Below are positions 32,258 to 41,047 of a stretch of DNA of 64,000 nucleotides, in pieces. Within the stretch, counting starts at the first letter, position 1. Every line of letters starts with the position of its first letter. The stretch is from contig CAWJSR010000057.1 in assembly GCA_963845515.1 (NCBI GenBank), forward strand, positions 96,001 to 160,000, given 5' to 3'. The notes below the pieces were generated by a model, which was not told the origin of the DNA, did not search any database, and saw only the letters and a program-made list of their open reading frames with translations. This DNA is from an uncultured delta proteobacterium (GTDB lineage: Bacteria; Myxococcota; Myxococcia; Myxococcales; Anaeromyxobacteraceae). The position numbers and the translations under genes are program-made.

Positions 32258-32938
32258 CTAGGCCTGCTCGGCCACCGGCTTCACGTAGATCTCCGCCGCG
32301 ATCTCCGGATCGATCGCGATGGTGGTCTCGCCGACCTCGATCACGAACGCCGGCGAGCGCTGGTGGAGCCGGATCTCGGAGCCCGGGATGACGCCGAGGG
32401 CGGCCAGCCGGTCCATGCGGTCGTGGAAGCGTGGCGCGATGAAGACGATCCGACCGCGCGCGCCGAGGTCGAAGTTGGGGAGCCCGGTGACGAGGGGCCT
32501 CACCGTCCGGCGGAAGGCCCCGCAGCAGTCGCCCGGCGGGATGGGCTTCCCGTGCGGGCAGGTCGGCGGGTGGCCGAGCAGCGTGCAGACCGACTCGGTC
32601 GCCTCCGGCGAGAGGATGTGCTCGAACTCGCAGGCCTGAGGCTCGGTCGCTTCGTCGCCCATCAGCAGGACGTCGTGGAAGAGCCGCTCGGTGAGCCGGT
32701 GGCGCCGCACCACCCCTCGCGCCCGCCGCTCGCCCTCGCCGGTGAGGGTGACGCGCTCCCCGTCGAGCTCGACGAAGCCGCCTGCCTCCAGCTCGCGCAG
32801 GTCCTCGGCGCGTGCGTCCGGGGCGTGGGCCGCGCCGGGGTGGGCGAGGATCGCGAGCGCCTCGTCGGTTCCACGCTCCCGCTCCGTGTAGACCGACTCG
32901 AGGATCTCCTCCTGCCGCCGTGCATCGATGGGGCTCAC
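32258..32938 (-). CDS. DtxR/MntR-family metal-dependent regulator with C-terminal FeoA domain
   Basis: LTGEG..VVRRHRLTE, ACEFEH, CPHGKPIP, then FeoA-like RLAALGVIPGSEI. GTG start at 32938. Confidence 0.88.
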   Translation of the reverse strand: MSPIDARRQEEILESVYTERERGTDEALAILAHPGAAHAPDARAEDLRELEAGGFVELDGERVTLTGEGERRARGVVRRHRLTERLFHDVLLMGDEATEPQACEFEHILSPEATESVCTLLGHPPTCPHGKPIPPGDCCGAFRRTVRPLVTGLPNFDLGARGRIVFIAPRFHDRMDRLAALGVIPGSEIRLHQRSPAFVIEVGETTIAIDPEIAAEIYVKPVAEQA

Positions 32939-33150
32939 GTACCCGTCCTCCTGCGCTCGAACCGGTCGAGCACCTTCCGTAGCCGGCCCGCGAGGCCCGC
33001 GCGTTCCTGTGGGAAGCTGTAGCCACACCCCGGGCAGCAGACGACCCGGCACCCCTTCGCGAGGGGGCAGCTCGGCCGGCACCCCTGCATCGAGGGGTCG
33101 AAGGACTGCCCGCAGAGGGGGCAGCGCTCGTGGGCCGCGTCGCTGGACAC
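32935..33150 (-). CDS. Small 8-Cys protein in the feo operon
   Basis: GTG start with GGGAGG RBS. Sequence MSSDAAHERCPLCGQSFDPSMQGCRPSCPLAKGCRVVCCPGCGYSFP.. Stop overlaps the next start. Confidence 0.8.
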   Translation of the reverse strand: MSSDAAHERCPLCGQSFDPSMQGCRPSCPLAKGCRVVCCPGCGYSFPQERAGLAGRLRKVLDRFERRRTGT

Positions 33151-33161
33151 GTTCCCTCCCG

Positions 33162-35228
33162 CTAGTAGAGCCACCGCATGAGGACGTTGAGCAACGCCCC
33201 GACGCCCACCGAGAACGGGAGGATGAAGGCGGCCATGCCGACGCCGGTCTTCCACCCCCGCTCCTTTACGATCATGAAGAAGTTGGCGATGCACGGGATG
33301 AAGAGCGTGACGGTGACCAGCGCGACGGTCACCTCGATCTCCATGGTCCGGGTCATCGTCCCGGCCTCCATGAAGGGCTGATACCGCTGGAAGAGCCCGG
33401 CCGCCGCGTAATCGCGCCGGAGGAAGCCGAGGATGAAGGCGGCCGCCGCCTCCTGCGGCAGCCCCAGGATCCCGGTGACGACCGGCCGCGCCGCCCGCTC
33501 CAGGGCGCGCAGCCAGCCGAGGCGATCGAGCCCCCACAGCAGGAGCGTGCCCAGCACGAAGAGCGGCATCGCCTCGCGGAGGTACCACTCGATCCTGGCG
33601 AGCGTCTTCACCGCGATGTTTCCCGCCTGCGGGACGCGCAGCGGCGGCAGCTCAAGCATGAAGTCGGAGCCCCGGCCCGGGAGGACCTTGGCGGCGAGCC
33701 AGCCGACGAGGAAGAGCACGAGCAGGATGGTGCCGACGAACCAGACCGACGCCGCGAACGGCAGGCCGGCGGTCATCGCGAGGATCACGGCGATCTGCGC
33801 GCTGCAGGGGATGGCGAGCGCGAGGAGCAGGGTGACGATGACCCGCTCCTTCCGCGTCTCCATGATCCGCGCCGTCATGGTCGCCATGGTGTCGCAGCCC
33901 AGGCCCAGCACCATCGGCAGGACCGCCTTGCCGTTGAGCCCCATCCGCCGGAAGAGCTTGTTCACCATCACCGCGAGCCGCGGGAGGTAGCCGGAGTCCT
34001 CCAGGATGCTGAAGGAGATGAAGAAGGTGGCGACGATCGGCAGCACGATGGCGAGGCCGTAGGAGAGCCCCATCGAGACGACGCCGTACTGGCCCACGAG
34101 GATCCCGTGCGAGGCGATCGGCGCCACGCCCGGCGGGCCCACCAGGAACTCCTGCACGGCGCCGGCCGGCGCCAGGAAGCGGACGAGCCGGTCGGTCCAG
34201 GGGACGACGTAGCCCTCGAAGACGGTGTGGCCCAGGAAGTCGACCGCCGTCCCCGCCCCCAGGACGCCGACGAAGAAGTAGGCGGCTCCCAGCACGGCCG
34301 CCAGGATCGGGACGCCCCAGAGCGGGTGCGTGGACCAGTGGCCGATCCGGCGCGCCAGGCCGCTCCCGGACGACGCGACCACGCGCGTCACCACTGCGTC
34401 GTGGAGCCGATCCACCGAGGCGAGCCGCTGGCGCGCGACCACGAACCTGAGGGACTCCGGGTAGCGGGCCGCGAGCGCGCGCCGGATCTCCTCGATGCGG
34501 GCGATGGTCTCCACCGGGAGCCTGCCGGAGAGCCACGCCCGCAGCGAGTCGTCACCCACGAGCGCCATCAGGGCGAGGGCGCGCGGGCCGATCCCGCCGC
34601 GGGGCAGCAGCGGCGCCACCTCGGCGACCGCCCGCTCTATCGCGGCGTCGTAATGTGGGGAGAAGCGGGAGGGACGTGCCGAGGCCAGCTTCGCCTGGAG
34701 CGTCGAGAGCCCCTTCCGCTCGACGGCGACCGTCGACACGACCTCGATCCCCAGCTCACCGGAGAGCTTCGGAATGTCGATGACGAAGCCGCGGCTGGTC
34801 GCCTCGTCGGCCATGTTGAGCGCGAGCGTGAACGGCACCTCCGCCTCGGCGAGCTGCGCCGTCAGCAGCAGCCCGCGGCGCAGGTTCTTGGCGTCACAGA
34901 CCTGGATGCAGAGGTAGCCGGTCTCGGAGAGCAGGATGTCCCGCGTGACCTGCTCGTCCTCGGACATGGGGAGCAGGTTGTTGGTGCCGGGGGTGTCCAT
35001 CACCTTCCAGGCGCGCCCCTCGATGGTGGCCGAGCCGTGGGTGACCTCCACCGTCGTGCCCGGGTAGTTGGACACGGTCACGTACTTGCCGGTGAGCGCG
35101 CCGAACAGGACGCTCTTCCCGACGTTCGGGTTGCCGACCAGGATGACGGTCCGGTCGGCAGCGACCACCTGCTTCCCCTCGAGCGCCCCCCCCGCGAGCT
35201 CCAGCGCCTCGTTCGTGCCCCGCTTCAA
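33162..35228 (-). CDS. feoB: Ferrous iron transporter FeoB
   Basis: GNPNVGKS, NYPGTTV, DTPG, NMAD, LEDSGYLPR, LGLGC, IPCSA and ELPP. Confidence 0.96.
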   Translation of the reverse strand: MKRGTNEALELAGGALEGKQVVAADRTVILVGNPNVGKSVLFGALTGKYVTVSNYPGTTVEVTHGSATIEGRAWKVMDTPGTNNLLPMSEDEQVTRDILLSETGYLCIQVCDAKNLRRGLLLTAQLAEAEVPFTLALNMADEATSRGFVIDIPKLSGELGIEVVSTVAVERKGLSTLQAKLASARPSRFSPHYDAAIERAVAEVAPLLPRGGIGPRALALMALVGDDSLRAWLSGRLPVETIARIEEIRRALAARYPESLRFVVARQRLASVDRLHDAVVTRVVASSGSGLARRIGHWSTHPLWGVPILAAVLGAAYFFVGVLGAGTAVDFLGHTVFEGYVVPWTDRLVRFLAPAGAVQEFLVGPPGVAPIASHGILVGQYGVVSMGLSYGLAIVLPIVATFFISFSILEDSGYLPRLAVMVNKLFRRMGLNGKAVLPMVLGLGCDTMATMTARIMETRKERVIVTLLLALAIPCSAQIAVILAMTAGLPFAASVWFVGTILLVLFLVGWLAAKVLPGRGSDFMLELPPLRVPQAGNIAVKTLARIEWYLREAMPLFVLGTLLLWGLDRLGWLRALERAARPVVTGILGLPQEAAAAFILGFLRRDYAAAGLFQRYQPFMEAGTMTRTMEIEVTVALVTVTLFIPCIANFFMIVKERGWKTGVGMAAFILPFSVGVGALLNVLMRWLY

Positions 35229-35746
35229 GCGCGCCCCTCCCCGCTCCCCTTCGCGCCTGCGGCGCGCCCGCGGCACGCGCCGCAGCGACCGTAGAGCTCG
35301 AGCCTGTGCTCCTCGACCTCGAACGCGTGGCGCCGCGCGACGAGCACCTGCAGCCGTTCGATCTCGTCGTTGGCGAACTCCACGATCGTGCCGCAGCGCG
35401 TGCAGATCAGGTGATCGTGATGCGTCCGGCCCACCGCCGACTCCCAGCGGGTCTGCCCCTCGCCGAAGTGGCGGGGCACCGCCAGGCCGCTCTCACCCAG
35501 CAGCTTCAGCGTGCGGTAGACCGTGGCGACGCTCACCCGGCGATCCACCGCGCGGACGCGCTCGACCAGCTCGTCCGCCGACACGTGGCCGGTCATGGCA
35601 AAGAGGGCCTCTGCCACGAGCTCGCGCTGGCGCGACTGCTTGAGGCCGCGCTCTGCGATGAAGGCAGCCAGGCGCGCTCGCACGTCCTTGAGCGTCGCGC
35701 GCTCCGGGGGCGTGCGCTTCGCGGCGTCGCGATCTGCTGGGGTCAT
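35225..35746 (-). CDS. fur: Fur family transcriptional regulator
   Basis: GLKQSRQR, HVSADEL, VSVATVYRTL, HHDHLICTRCG and LYGRCGAC. Confidence 0.9.
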   Translation of the reverse strand: MTPADRDAAKRTPPERATLKDVRARLAAFIAERGLKQSRQRELVAEALFAMTGHVSADELVERVRAVDRRVSVATVYRTLKLLGESGLAVPRHFGEGQTRWESAVGRTHHDHLICTRCGTIVEFANDEIERLQVLVARRHAFEVEEHRLELYGRCGACRGRAAGAKGSGEGRA

Positions 35747-35767
35747 ATTGATAACGGTTGTCAATAT
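35745..35767. promoter_or_regulatory. Fur-box-like palindromic operator
   Basis: ATATTGATAAC-G-GTTGTCAATAT: an AT-rich 11-1-11 near-palindrome containing a 7-1-7 Fur-like core, at the fur start. Confidence 0.75.
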
Positions 35768-35830
35768 CAGTCGGCGGGCGCGGGCACAAGCCCCGACTCG
35801 CCCCGCCGTCGGACGCGGTCCAGCGCGTGG

Positions 35831-36430
35831 TCAGCGAGGCTCGGCCAGCGCGGCGCGCCACCGCTCGGCGGCGCCGGCGCCCTCCCCTACATCCCGACCC
35901 ACGAGCGCGACCAGCGAGGCGTGCGCCTGCCGGCGGACCTCCGCCGACGGGTCAGACAGGAGCGCCAGGAGCCGCTCCGCGTGCGGCATGGCCTCCGCGC
36001 GCGGTCTCGCGCGGAGCACCTCCGCCGCGAGGGCGCGCAGCTCCGGCTCGTTGGAGGCCAGGGCCCGCGCGAGGTCCACGGGGCGGTCGGAGCGGCCGGG
36101 GAGATCCCGGTCGATCGCCCACCGGACCAGCAGCGCGAAGACGAGCGACATCAGCGCGAGCTGCATCATCGTCTTCCCGGCCGGGTAGCGGCCCTCGCGC
36201 ACCAGCGTGAAGCGGTAGAGGGCGTACCCCACGATGAAGGCTCCCACCAGGGCGACCGGGGCTAGCGTGAGCGCCGGCGGGAGCCGTCCCTCTCGCACCG
36301 CCTCGCGGAGGGCGGGGAGCCCCTCCAGCGTGGCCATCACCGCCACCAGCAGCAGGACCCACAGGACCCACCGCAGGGACCTCACCAGGGCGACGGCACG
36401 CCTGCTGACCTCGTTCTCCTCCGCACTCAT
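35831..36430 (-). CDS. Membrane protein with C-terminal HEAT repeats
   Basis: Three TM segments, then ELRALAAEVL..LLSDPSAEVRRQA. Confidence 0.75.
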   Translation of the reverse strand: MSAEENEVSRRAVALVRSLRWVLWVLLLVAVMATLEGLPALREAVREGRLPPALTLAPVALVGAFIVGYALYRFTLVREGRYPAGKTMMQLALMSLVFALLVRWAIDRDLPGRSDRPVDLARALASNEPELRALAAEVLRARPRAEAMPHAERLLALLSDPSAEVRRQAHASLVALVGRDVGEGAGAAERWRAALAEPR

Positions 36431-36521
36431 GGTGGTGATTCGACCACGCCCCCGCGAGCTGGGCAACGGTTCGGCCGCAGGATCTTGACTCCTGCCGGTG
36501 CTCGGCGCAGTTTCCGCCCGC

Positions 36522-38006
36522 ATGGCCGACATCGACCCCGAGCTCATCGAGAGAGCGATCCGCTGGTGCGCCGAGGCCGGAAGGCAGGCGACCCCCGCGC
36601 TCGCGAGGGCGGCGCTCTCCCCCCTCTCCTGGGACGAGCTGTTGGCCGTCCGCGCCCTGCTCGCCGACCCGCCGCCGGTCATCCCCCTCGGCCCCTTCGC
36701 GCTGGCGGACATCGCACGCGGCGCTCCCGCGGACGTCGCCGCAGAGCGGGAGCGCGGTGGACTCTACCGGGCGTCCGCGTCAGGGGCCGGCGCGGAGCCC
36801 GCCCCCGAGCCTCCCACCCGAAAGTCCCACGCCACCAAGGGACCGAAGCGCACCCGCGTTCCGTTCCTGGTCCGGCGCGCGGGAGATCGCCAGCTGCCAC
36901 CGGAGCCCACGCCCAGGCCCCTCCCGCTCCTGGACGAGCTGCTGCTCGACGAGGAGCGCGCCGTCCTCGAACGGCTCGTCCGCCGTCACGGCGGCAAGCG
37001 CACCCTGATCGTCGCGGCGCTCGGGGCTGGCTGGCGCCGCGCCGACGGGGGCGTGGTCGACGGCACGGACCTGGACCGGCTCCTCTCGCAGCACGGGATG
37101 GCCCGCGCGTTCGGGATCCGGGAGCGAGATGAGCTCCTCCACGCCCTGCGAGCCGCCGGCGGCGTCCGCGGCAAGGCCGCCGCGGCGCTCGGGATGGATG
37201 TCGCAGCGCTCGACGCCGCGCTGGACCGGCTCGGCGCTCGCGCCGAAGCCGAGCGGTTCCGGGACCAGCGCCGCGCCGAGTTGCGTGCGCGAGGCACGCT
37301 GGCTCAGAGAACGCACCTCCTCCTGGACGACACGGACCGGATCGCCGACCTCGACCTCCTCGAGGAATTCGTCGGCGATCTGCGGGAGCGGCTCCCAGAC
37401 CACCTGCGCGCCCTCGCCGCTTCCAGCTCGGATCAGCTCATCGACCAGCTATGCCGCAGCCTCTCGCTCGATCGGAACGGCGTGGAGCGATTGGCACATC
37501 GCACCGGCCTCTCGCTGGAGACCCCGCCACAGGCGAGCGCGTCAGCCGGAGCGCGCGACCGGTGGCTGCCGCCTCCGCGCGAAGCCGACGCTTCGGCGCA
37601 CGCCAGGCCCCGCTCGGTAAAGGCTCGGGCTCCGTGGACGAGCAGCCGTCCCGGTGGAGCCAGCCGTCCCGGTGGAGCCAGCCGTCCCGGTGGAACCAGC
37701 CGTCCCGGTGGAACCAGCCGTCCCGGTGGAACCAGCCGTCCCGGTGGAGCCAGCCGTCCCGGTGGAGCCAGCCGTCCCGGTGGAACCAGCCGTCCCGGTG
37801 GAACCAGCCGTCCCGGTGGAACCAGCCGTCCCGGTGGAACCAGCCGTCCCGGTGGAACCAGCCGTCCCGGTGGAACCAGCCGTCCCGGTGGAACCAGCCG
37901 TCCCGGTGGAACCAGCCGTCCCGGTGGGGGCCGGCGGCCCGGTCCGCCCACCGGAGGTCACCCCGGTGCACGGCCTCGCGGCGGCACCCGGCCCCCCAGG
38001 CGCTGA
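36522..38006 (+). CDS. Hypothetical protein with Fis-like HTH segments and a low-complexity (SRPGG[A/T])n tail
   Basis: Long [33 protein letters not shown] resembles a Fis-type HTH. Confidence 0.65.
   Translation: MADIDPELIERAIRWCAEAGRQATPALARAALSPLSWDELLAVRALLADPPPVIPLGPFALADIARGAPADVAAERERGGLYRASASGAGAEPAPEPPTRKSHATKGPKRTRVPFLVRRAGDRQLPPEPTPRPLPLLDELLLDEERAVLERLVRRHGGKRTLIVAALGAGWRRADGGVVDGTDLDRLLSQHGMARAFGIRERDELLHALRAAGGVRGKAAAALGMDVAALDAALDRLGARAEAERFRDQRRAELRARGTLAQRTHLLLDDTDRIADLDLLEEFVGDLRERLPDHLRALAASSSDQLIDQLCRSLSLDRNGVERLAHRTGLSLETPPQASASAGARDRWLPPPREADASAHARPRSVKARAPWTSSRPGGASRPGGASRPGGTSRPGGTSRPGGTSRPGGASRPGGASRPGGTSRPGGTSRPGGTSRPGGTSRPGGTSRPGGTSRPGGTSRPGGTSRPGGGRRPGPPTGGHPGARPRGGTRPPRR
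37643..37928 (+). repeat. 18-bp coding tandem repeat, about 16 copies
   Basis: Unit CAGCCGTCCCGGTGGA(A/G)C, encoding SRPGGT/A. Confidence 0.97.
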
Positions 38007-38011
38007 CGGTC

Positions 38012-38386
38012 CTACCGGACCTTCGGAACGGCCTTGCCCTTCTCGAAGACGACCCCGTCGCCAAACTTGGCGACAATCGCCTTCTTGGTCTTCAGCCCGG
38101 TCATGTCGATGACGAAGGTGGGCACGCGCCGCGCGCGGCGGTCGGCCGCCCACCGCGTGATCTCCGAGCGCTGACGGGCCGAACGCACGCCCTTGCCTCC
38201 CCGGCTGGTGCGACGCCCCCGCCCCGAGGTGGCGGCCGCGACGCCGGCGGCCAGCTCCTCCTCGAGCCGGTCGGCTGCGAGCCGTGCAATCGCCTTGGCG
38301 ATCACCTTTGACGCGCGCTTGACGACGCCTTCCATTGCCTGGCGGACGGCGGCATCGATCGAGTTGGGAGCGGCGTTACGGGCCAT
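38012..38386 (-). CDS. Small basic hypothetical protein
   Basis: GGAGG RBS and ATG at 38386. 124 aa, Lys/Arg/Ala-rich. Confidence 0.75.
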   Translation of the reverse strand: MARNAAPNSIDAAVRQAMEGVVKRASKVIAKAIARLAADRLEEELAAGVAAATSGRGRRTSRGGKGVRSARQRSEITRWAADRRARRVPTFVIDMTGLKTKKAIVAKFGDGVVFEKGKAVPKVR

Positions 38387-38512
38387 GCTGACCTCCGGTG
38401 GACGTGTTGATTGGATTGACGTCAATGATTGAGCGCGCGAGGCCTCTGCCGTGGCTTTACCCCATTCTTTGCCCTGCGCAAAGGCATAATTTCCTGCTAT
38501 GAAGCGGCTCGC

Positions 38513-38596
38513 GGCCCTCTGGCGAAACGGCAGACGCGCTCGACTCAAAATCGAGTGGGGCGAACCCCCGTCCCGGTTCGAGTCCGGGGAGGGCCA
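38513..38596 (+). tRNA. tRNA-Leu(CAA)
   Basis: Acceptor GGCCCTC/GAGGGCC, anticodon arm CTCGA-CTCAAAA-TCGAG, long variable arm. CCA is not encoded. Confidence 0.93.
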
Positions 38597-38686
38597 CATC
38601 CTCCGCCAGCGCGTGGCCCCGTCCCCCCTTGCGGGACGGGGCCACGCGCGTGTATCCATGCCGGCTCACCGGCGCCTGGAGCGGTC

Positions 38687-39415
38687 ATGCTCAACCTCGT
38701 CATCAGCCTCGCCGCAGGACTCGTCCTCGGGATCGTCGTCGCGCTCGCCACGCAGCTCGGCGCCGTCGCCGCGATCATCCCCGGCGTCATCGTCGCGATC
38801 GCGGTCTACCTCGTCCTCGTCCGGAGGACCTGGAAGCAGCTGGAGGCGATCTTCGACACCGTCCAGAAGGAGCTGCAGTCGCAGCGCGTGGACAAGGCGC
38901 TGCAGATCCTGCAGTCGGGCTTCCGGCTCGCCCCGTGGCAGTTCCTGGTGGCCTCGCAGCTCCACTCGAACATCGGGATCCTCCACTTCGTGAAGGGGAA
39001 CGACGAGGCCGCCCTGCCCCACCTCGAGAAGAGCTTCACCCGCAACTGGATCGCCCGCGCGATGCTCGGCGTCGCCCGCTACCGCGCCCACGACGTCGCC
39101 GGGATGACCCGCGTCTTCGAGGAGGCGGTGAAGGTCAACAAGAAGGAGGGGCTCCTCTTTCAGGTGTACGCCTGGATCCTCGACAAGGAGGGGCGCCGCG
39201 CCGACGCGATCGCGCTGCTCGGGCGGGCCGTGGCGGCGAACCCCTCCGACGAGAAGCTGAAGACGTCGCTGCAGGCGCTGCAGAACGACAAGAAGCTGAA
39301 GCTCGGCAAGCTCTACGCCGAGCAGTGGTTCCAGTTCCGCCTCGAGAACGTCCCGCCCACGCTCAACATGCCGGGCTACAGGCCCGGCCGCAGGGCGATG
39401 TTCCGTCCTCGCTGA
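38687..39415 (+). CDS. Membrane-anchored TPR-like protein
   Basis: Two N-terminal TM helices followed by TPR-like helical repeats. Confidence 0.75.
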   Translation: MLNLVISLAAGLVLGIVVALATQLGAVAAIIPGVIVAIAVYLVLVRRTWKQLEAIFDTVQKELQSQRVDKALQILQSGFRLAPWQFLVASQLHSNIGILHFVKGNDEAALPHLEKSFTRNWIARAMLGVARYRAHDVAGMTRVFEEAVKVNKKEGLLFQVYAWILDKEGRRADAIALLGRAVAANPSDEKLKTSLQALQNDKKLKLGKLYAEQWFQFRLENVPPTLNMPGYRPGRRAMFRPR

Positions 39416-39452
39416 GAGGCCGCCGCTCCGCTGCGCCCCGCCCGGGGGCGCC

Positions 39453-39677
39453 TCACACGCTTCAAGTGCCGCCGTGGCCGACGGTCGTCGTCTCGCCCAT
39501 CCTGATGAGCGGGACTCTTCGATCTCCGCCGGACAGCTCCAGGAAGCGCGCCATCGCGGCGGCGTCCTGCTTCACGTCGAAGAACCTGACCTCGAACCCC
39601 TTGGCGCCGAAGTCCACACGGGCGGCGTTGGTATGGGGTCAGGTGTGCTTCCCGTAGATCTCCACGAACTCGGCCAT
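39453..39677 (-). CDS. Glutaredoxin-like UXX-star-type selenoprotein with two in-frame UGA (Sec13, Sec72); not in the ORF track
   Basis: GAGGTG RBS. MAEFVEIYGKHT-UGA-PHTNAARVDF..FFDVKQD..GGDRRVPLI..VGHGGT-UGA-SV-stop. SECIS-like hairpins lie 3' of both UGAs. Confidence 0.85.
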
Positions 39678-39838
39678 CGCTCACCTCGCACGCTCCAGAT
39701 GTAGTCCTCGCCGGCCATGGGCGCTCCGCCGGTTGGACCGGCCGCCCCGATCCCGCACGGGGCGCGCCCCGACCGCCCCCGGCCGGGGACTGAAATTCTC
39801 CTTCGAAGCCAATAGACTCCATGGAAGGGGGAGGTTGC

Positions 39839-41035
39839 ATGGCCGATGGCGGCGATGCAGCGCGCCAGCGGAGCGAGCCGGCCGAGGACGGTCAGGGCGC
39901 GAGCCGCGACGCGAAGATGAGCGATCGGATCGTCTCCGACGCACTCCAGGCGCTCCGCGTCCTGGCAGCCGAGTTGCGCGCCGACGCGCTGGAGAGCCGC
40001 GGCGCATACCTCGATCCTGCGCGCGTGCTGGAGGCGGCGAGGCGCATCGAGGCGCTGAGCACCGAGATCCTCCACGCCGTGGGGCTCACCGTGGTGGACC
40101 CCTCCGCCCCGATGACGACCGGGCGCCGACCGTTGGCGCGGCCGCGGGTCCTGGTCGTGGACGACGATCCCGATCTCCGCGACATGATGAGGATGGTCCT
40201 CGAGCCCGGCTACGAGGTCATGTCGGCCCCCGATGGCGAGGCGGCGCTCACCGTCGCGCACGCGGAGCGGCCCGACCTGATCCTGATGGACCAGTTCATG
40301 CCGCGGCTCGACGGCCTCGGCGCCCTGGAGCGGCTGCGCGCTGACCCCGTCACCGAGGACATCCCGGTCATCCTCGTCTCGGCCCGCGCCGACGAGGCGA
40401 TCCGGGTTCGCGGCCTGGACCTCGGCGCGGTCGATTTCCTCGCGAAGCCCTTCTCCGAGCAGGAGCTGCGCGCGCGGCTCGACCGGACGCTCCGGCTCGT
40501 CCGGAGCCAGTCGGTGCTGCGGGAGCTCGCGCAGACCGATCCGCTCACCGGCCTCGCCAACCTGCGTGCCTTCCGCTCACGGCTCGAGGAGGAGGTGAAG
40601 CGGGCGCGCCGCTATCGCACCTCCCTCACCTGCGTCATGGCGGACATGGACCACCTGAAGGCGATCAACGACCAGCTCGGCCACGCGGCTGGCGACCTGG
40701 CCATCGGGGCCGTGGCCCGCATCGTCGCCGACGAGCTGCGCGAGACCGACTTCGGCGCCAGGTACGGGGGCGACGAGTTCGTCCTGCTCCTCCCTCACAC
40801 GACGAGCGAGGAGGGACGGGTCTTCGCAGAGCGGCTCTGCGACCGGATGCACGGCTCGCCGCTGGAGGTCGCTGGGCGCCGGCTCCAGCTCGGCGCCTCC
40901 TTCGGCGTCGCCGAGCTGGGCGACCCGAGCCTGGAGAACGCCGGCGAGGAGCTGGTCCAGGCGGCCGACGCCGCCCTCTACGACGCAAAGCATGCGGGGC
41001 GCGGCCGCGTCGCACTGGCAGGGAAACCGGCGTAG
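39839..41035 (+). CDS. Receiver-GGDEF diguanylate cyclase
   Basis: VLVVDDD, MDQFMP, KPF, then TDPLTGL, DMDHLK and RETDFGARYGGDEF (RxxD I-site). Confidence 0.92.
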   Translation: MADGGDAARQRSEPAEDGQGASRDAKMSDRIVSDALQALRVLAAELRADALESRGAYLDPARVLEAARRIEALSTEILHAVGLTVVDPSAPMTTGRRPLARPRVLVVDDDPDLRDMMRMVLEPGYEVMSAPDGEAALTVAHAERPDLILMDQFMPRLDGLGALERLRADPVTEDIPVILVSARADEAIRVRGLDLGAVDFLAKPFSEQELRARLDRTLRLVRSQSVLRELAQTDPLTGLANLRAFRSRLEEEVKRARRYRTSLTCVMADMDHLKAINDQLGHAAGDLAIGAVARIVADELRETDFGARYGGDEFVLLLPHTTSEEGRVFAERLCDRMHGSPLEVAGRRLQLGASFGVAELGDPSLENAGEELVQAADAALYDAKHAGRGRVALAGKPA

Positions 41036-41047
41036 ACTCCGTTCTCC

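Noticed and set aside
37643..37928. Possible CRISPR array
   Set aside because: Contiguous 18-bp units with no spacers, in frame within a CDS, and no cas genes nearby.
38436..38452. Weak sigma-54-like element (CGGCAG-AGGCC-TCGC) upstream of the small basic protein
   Set aside because: Too many deviations from consensus to be meaningful in a GC-rich background.
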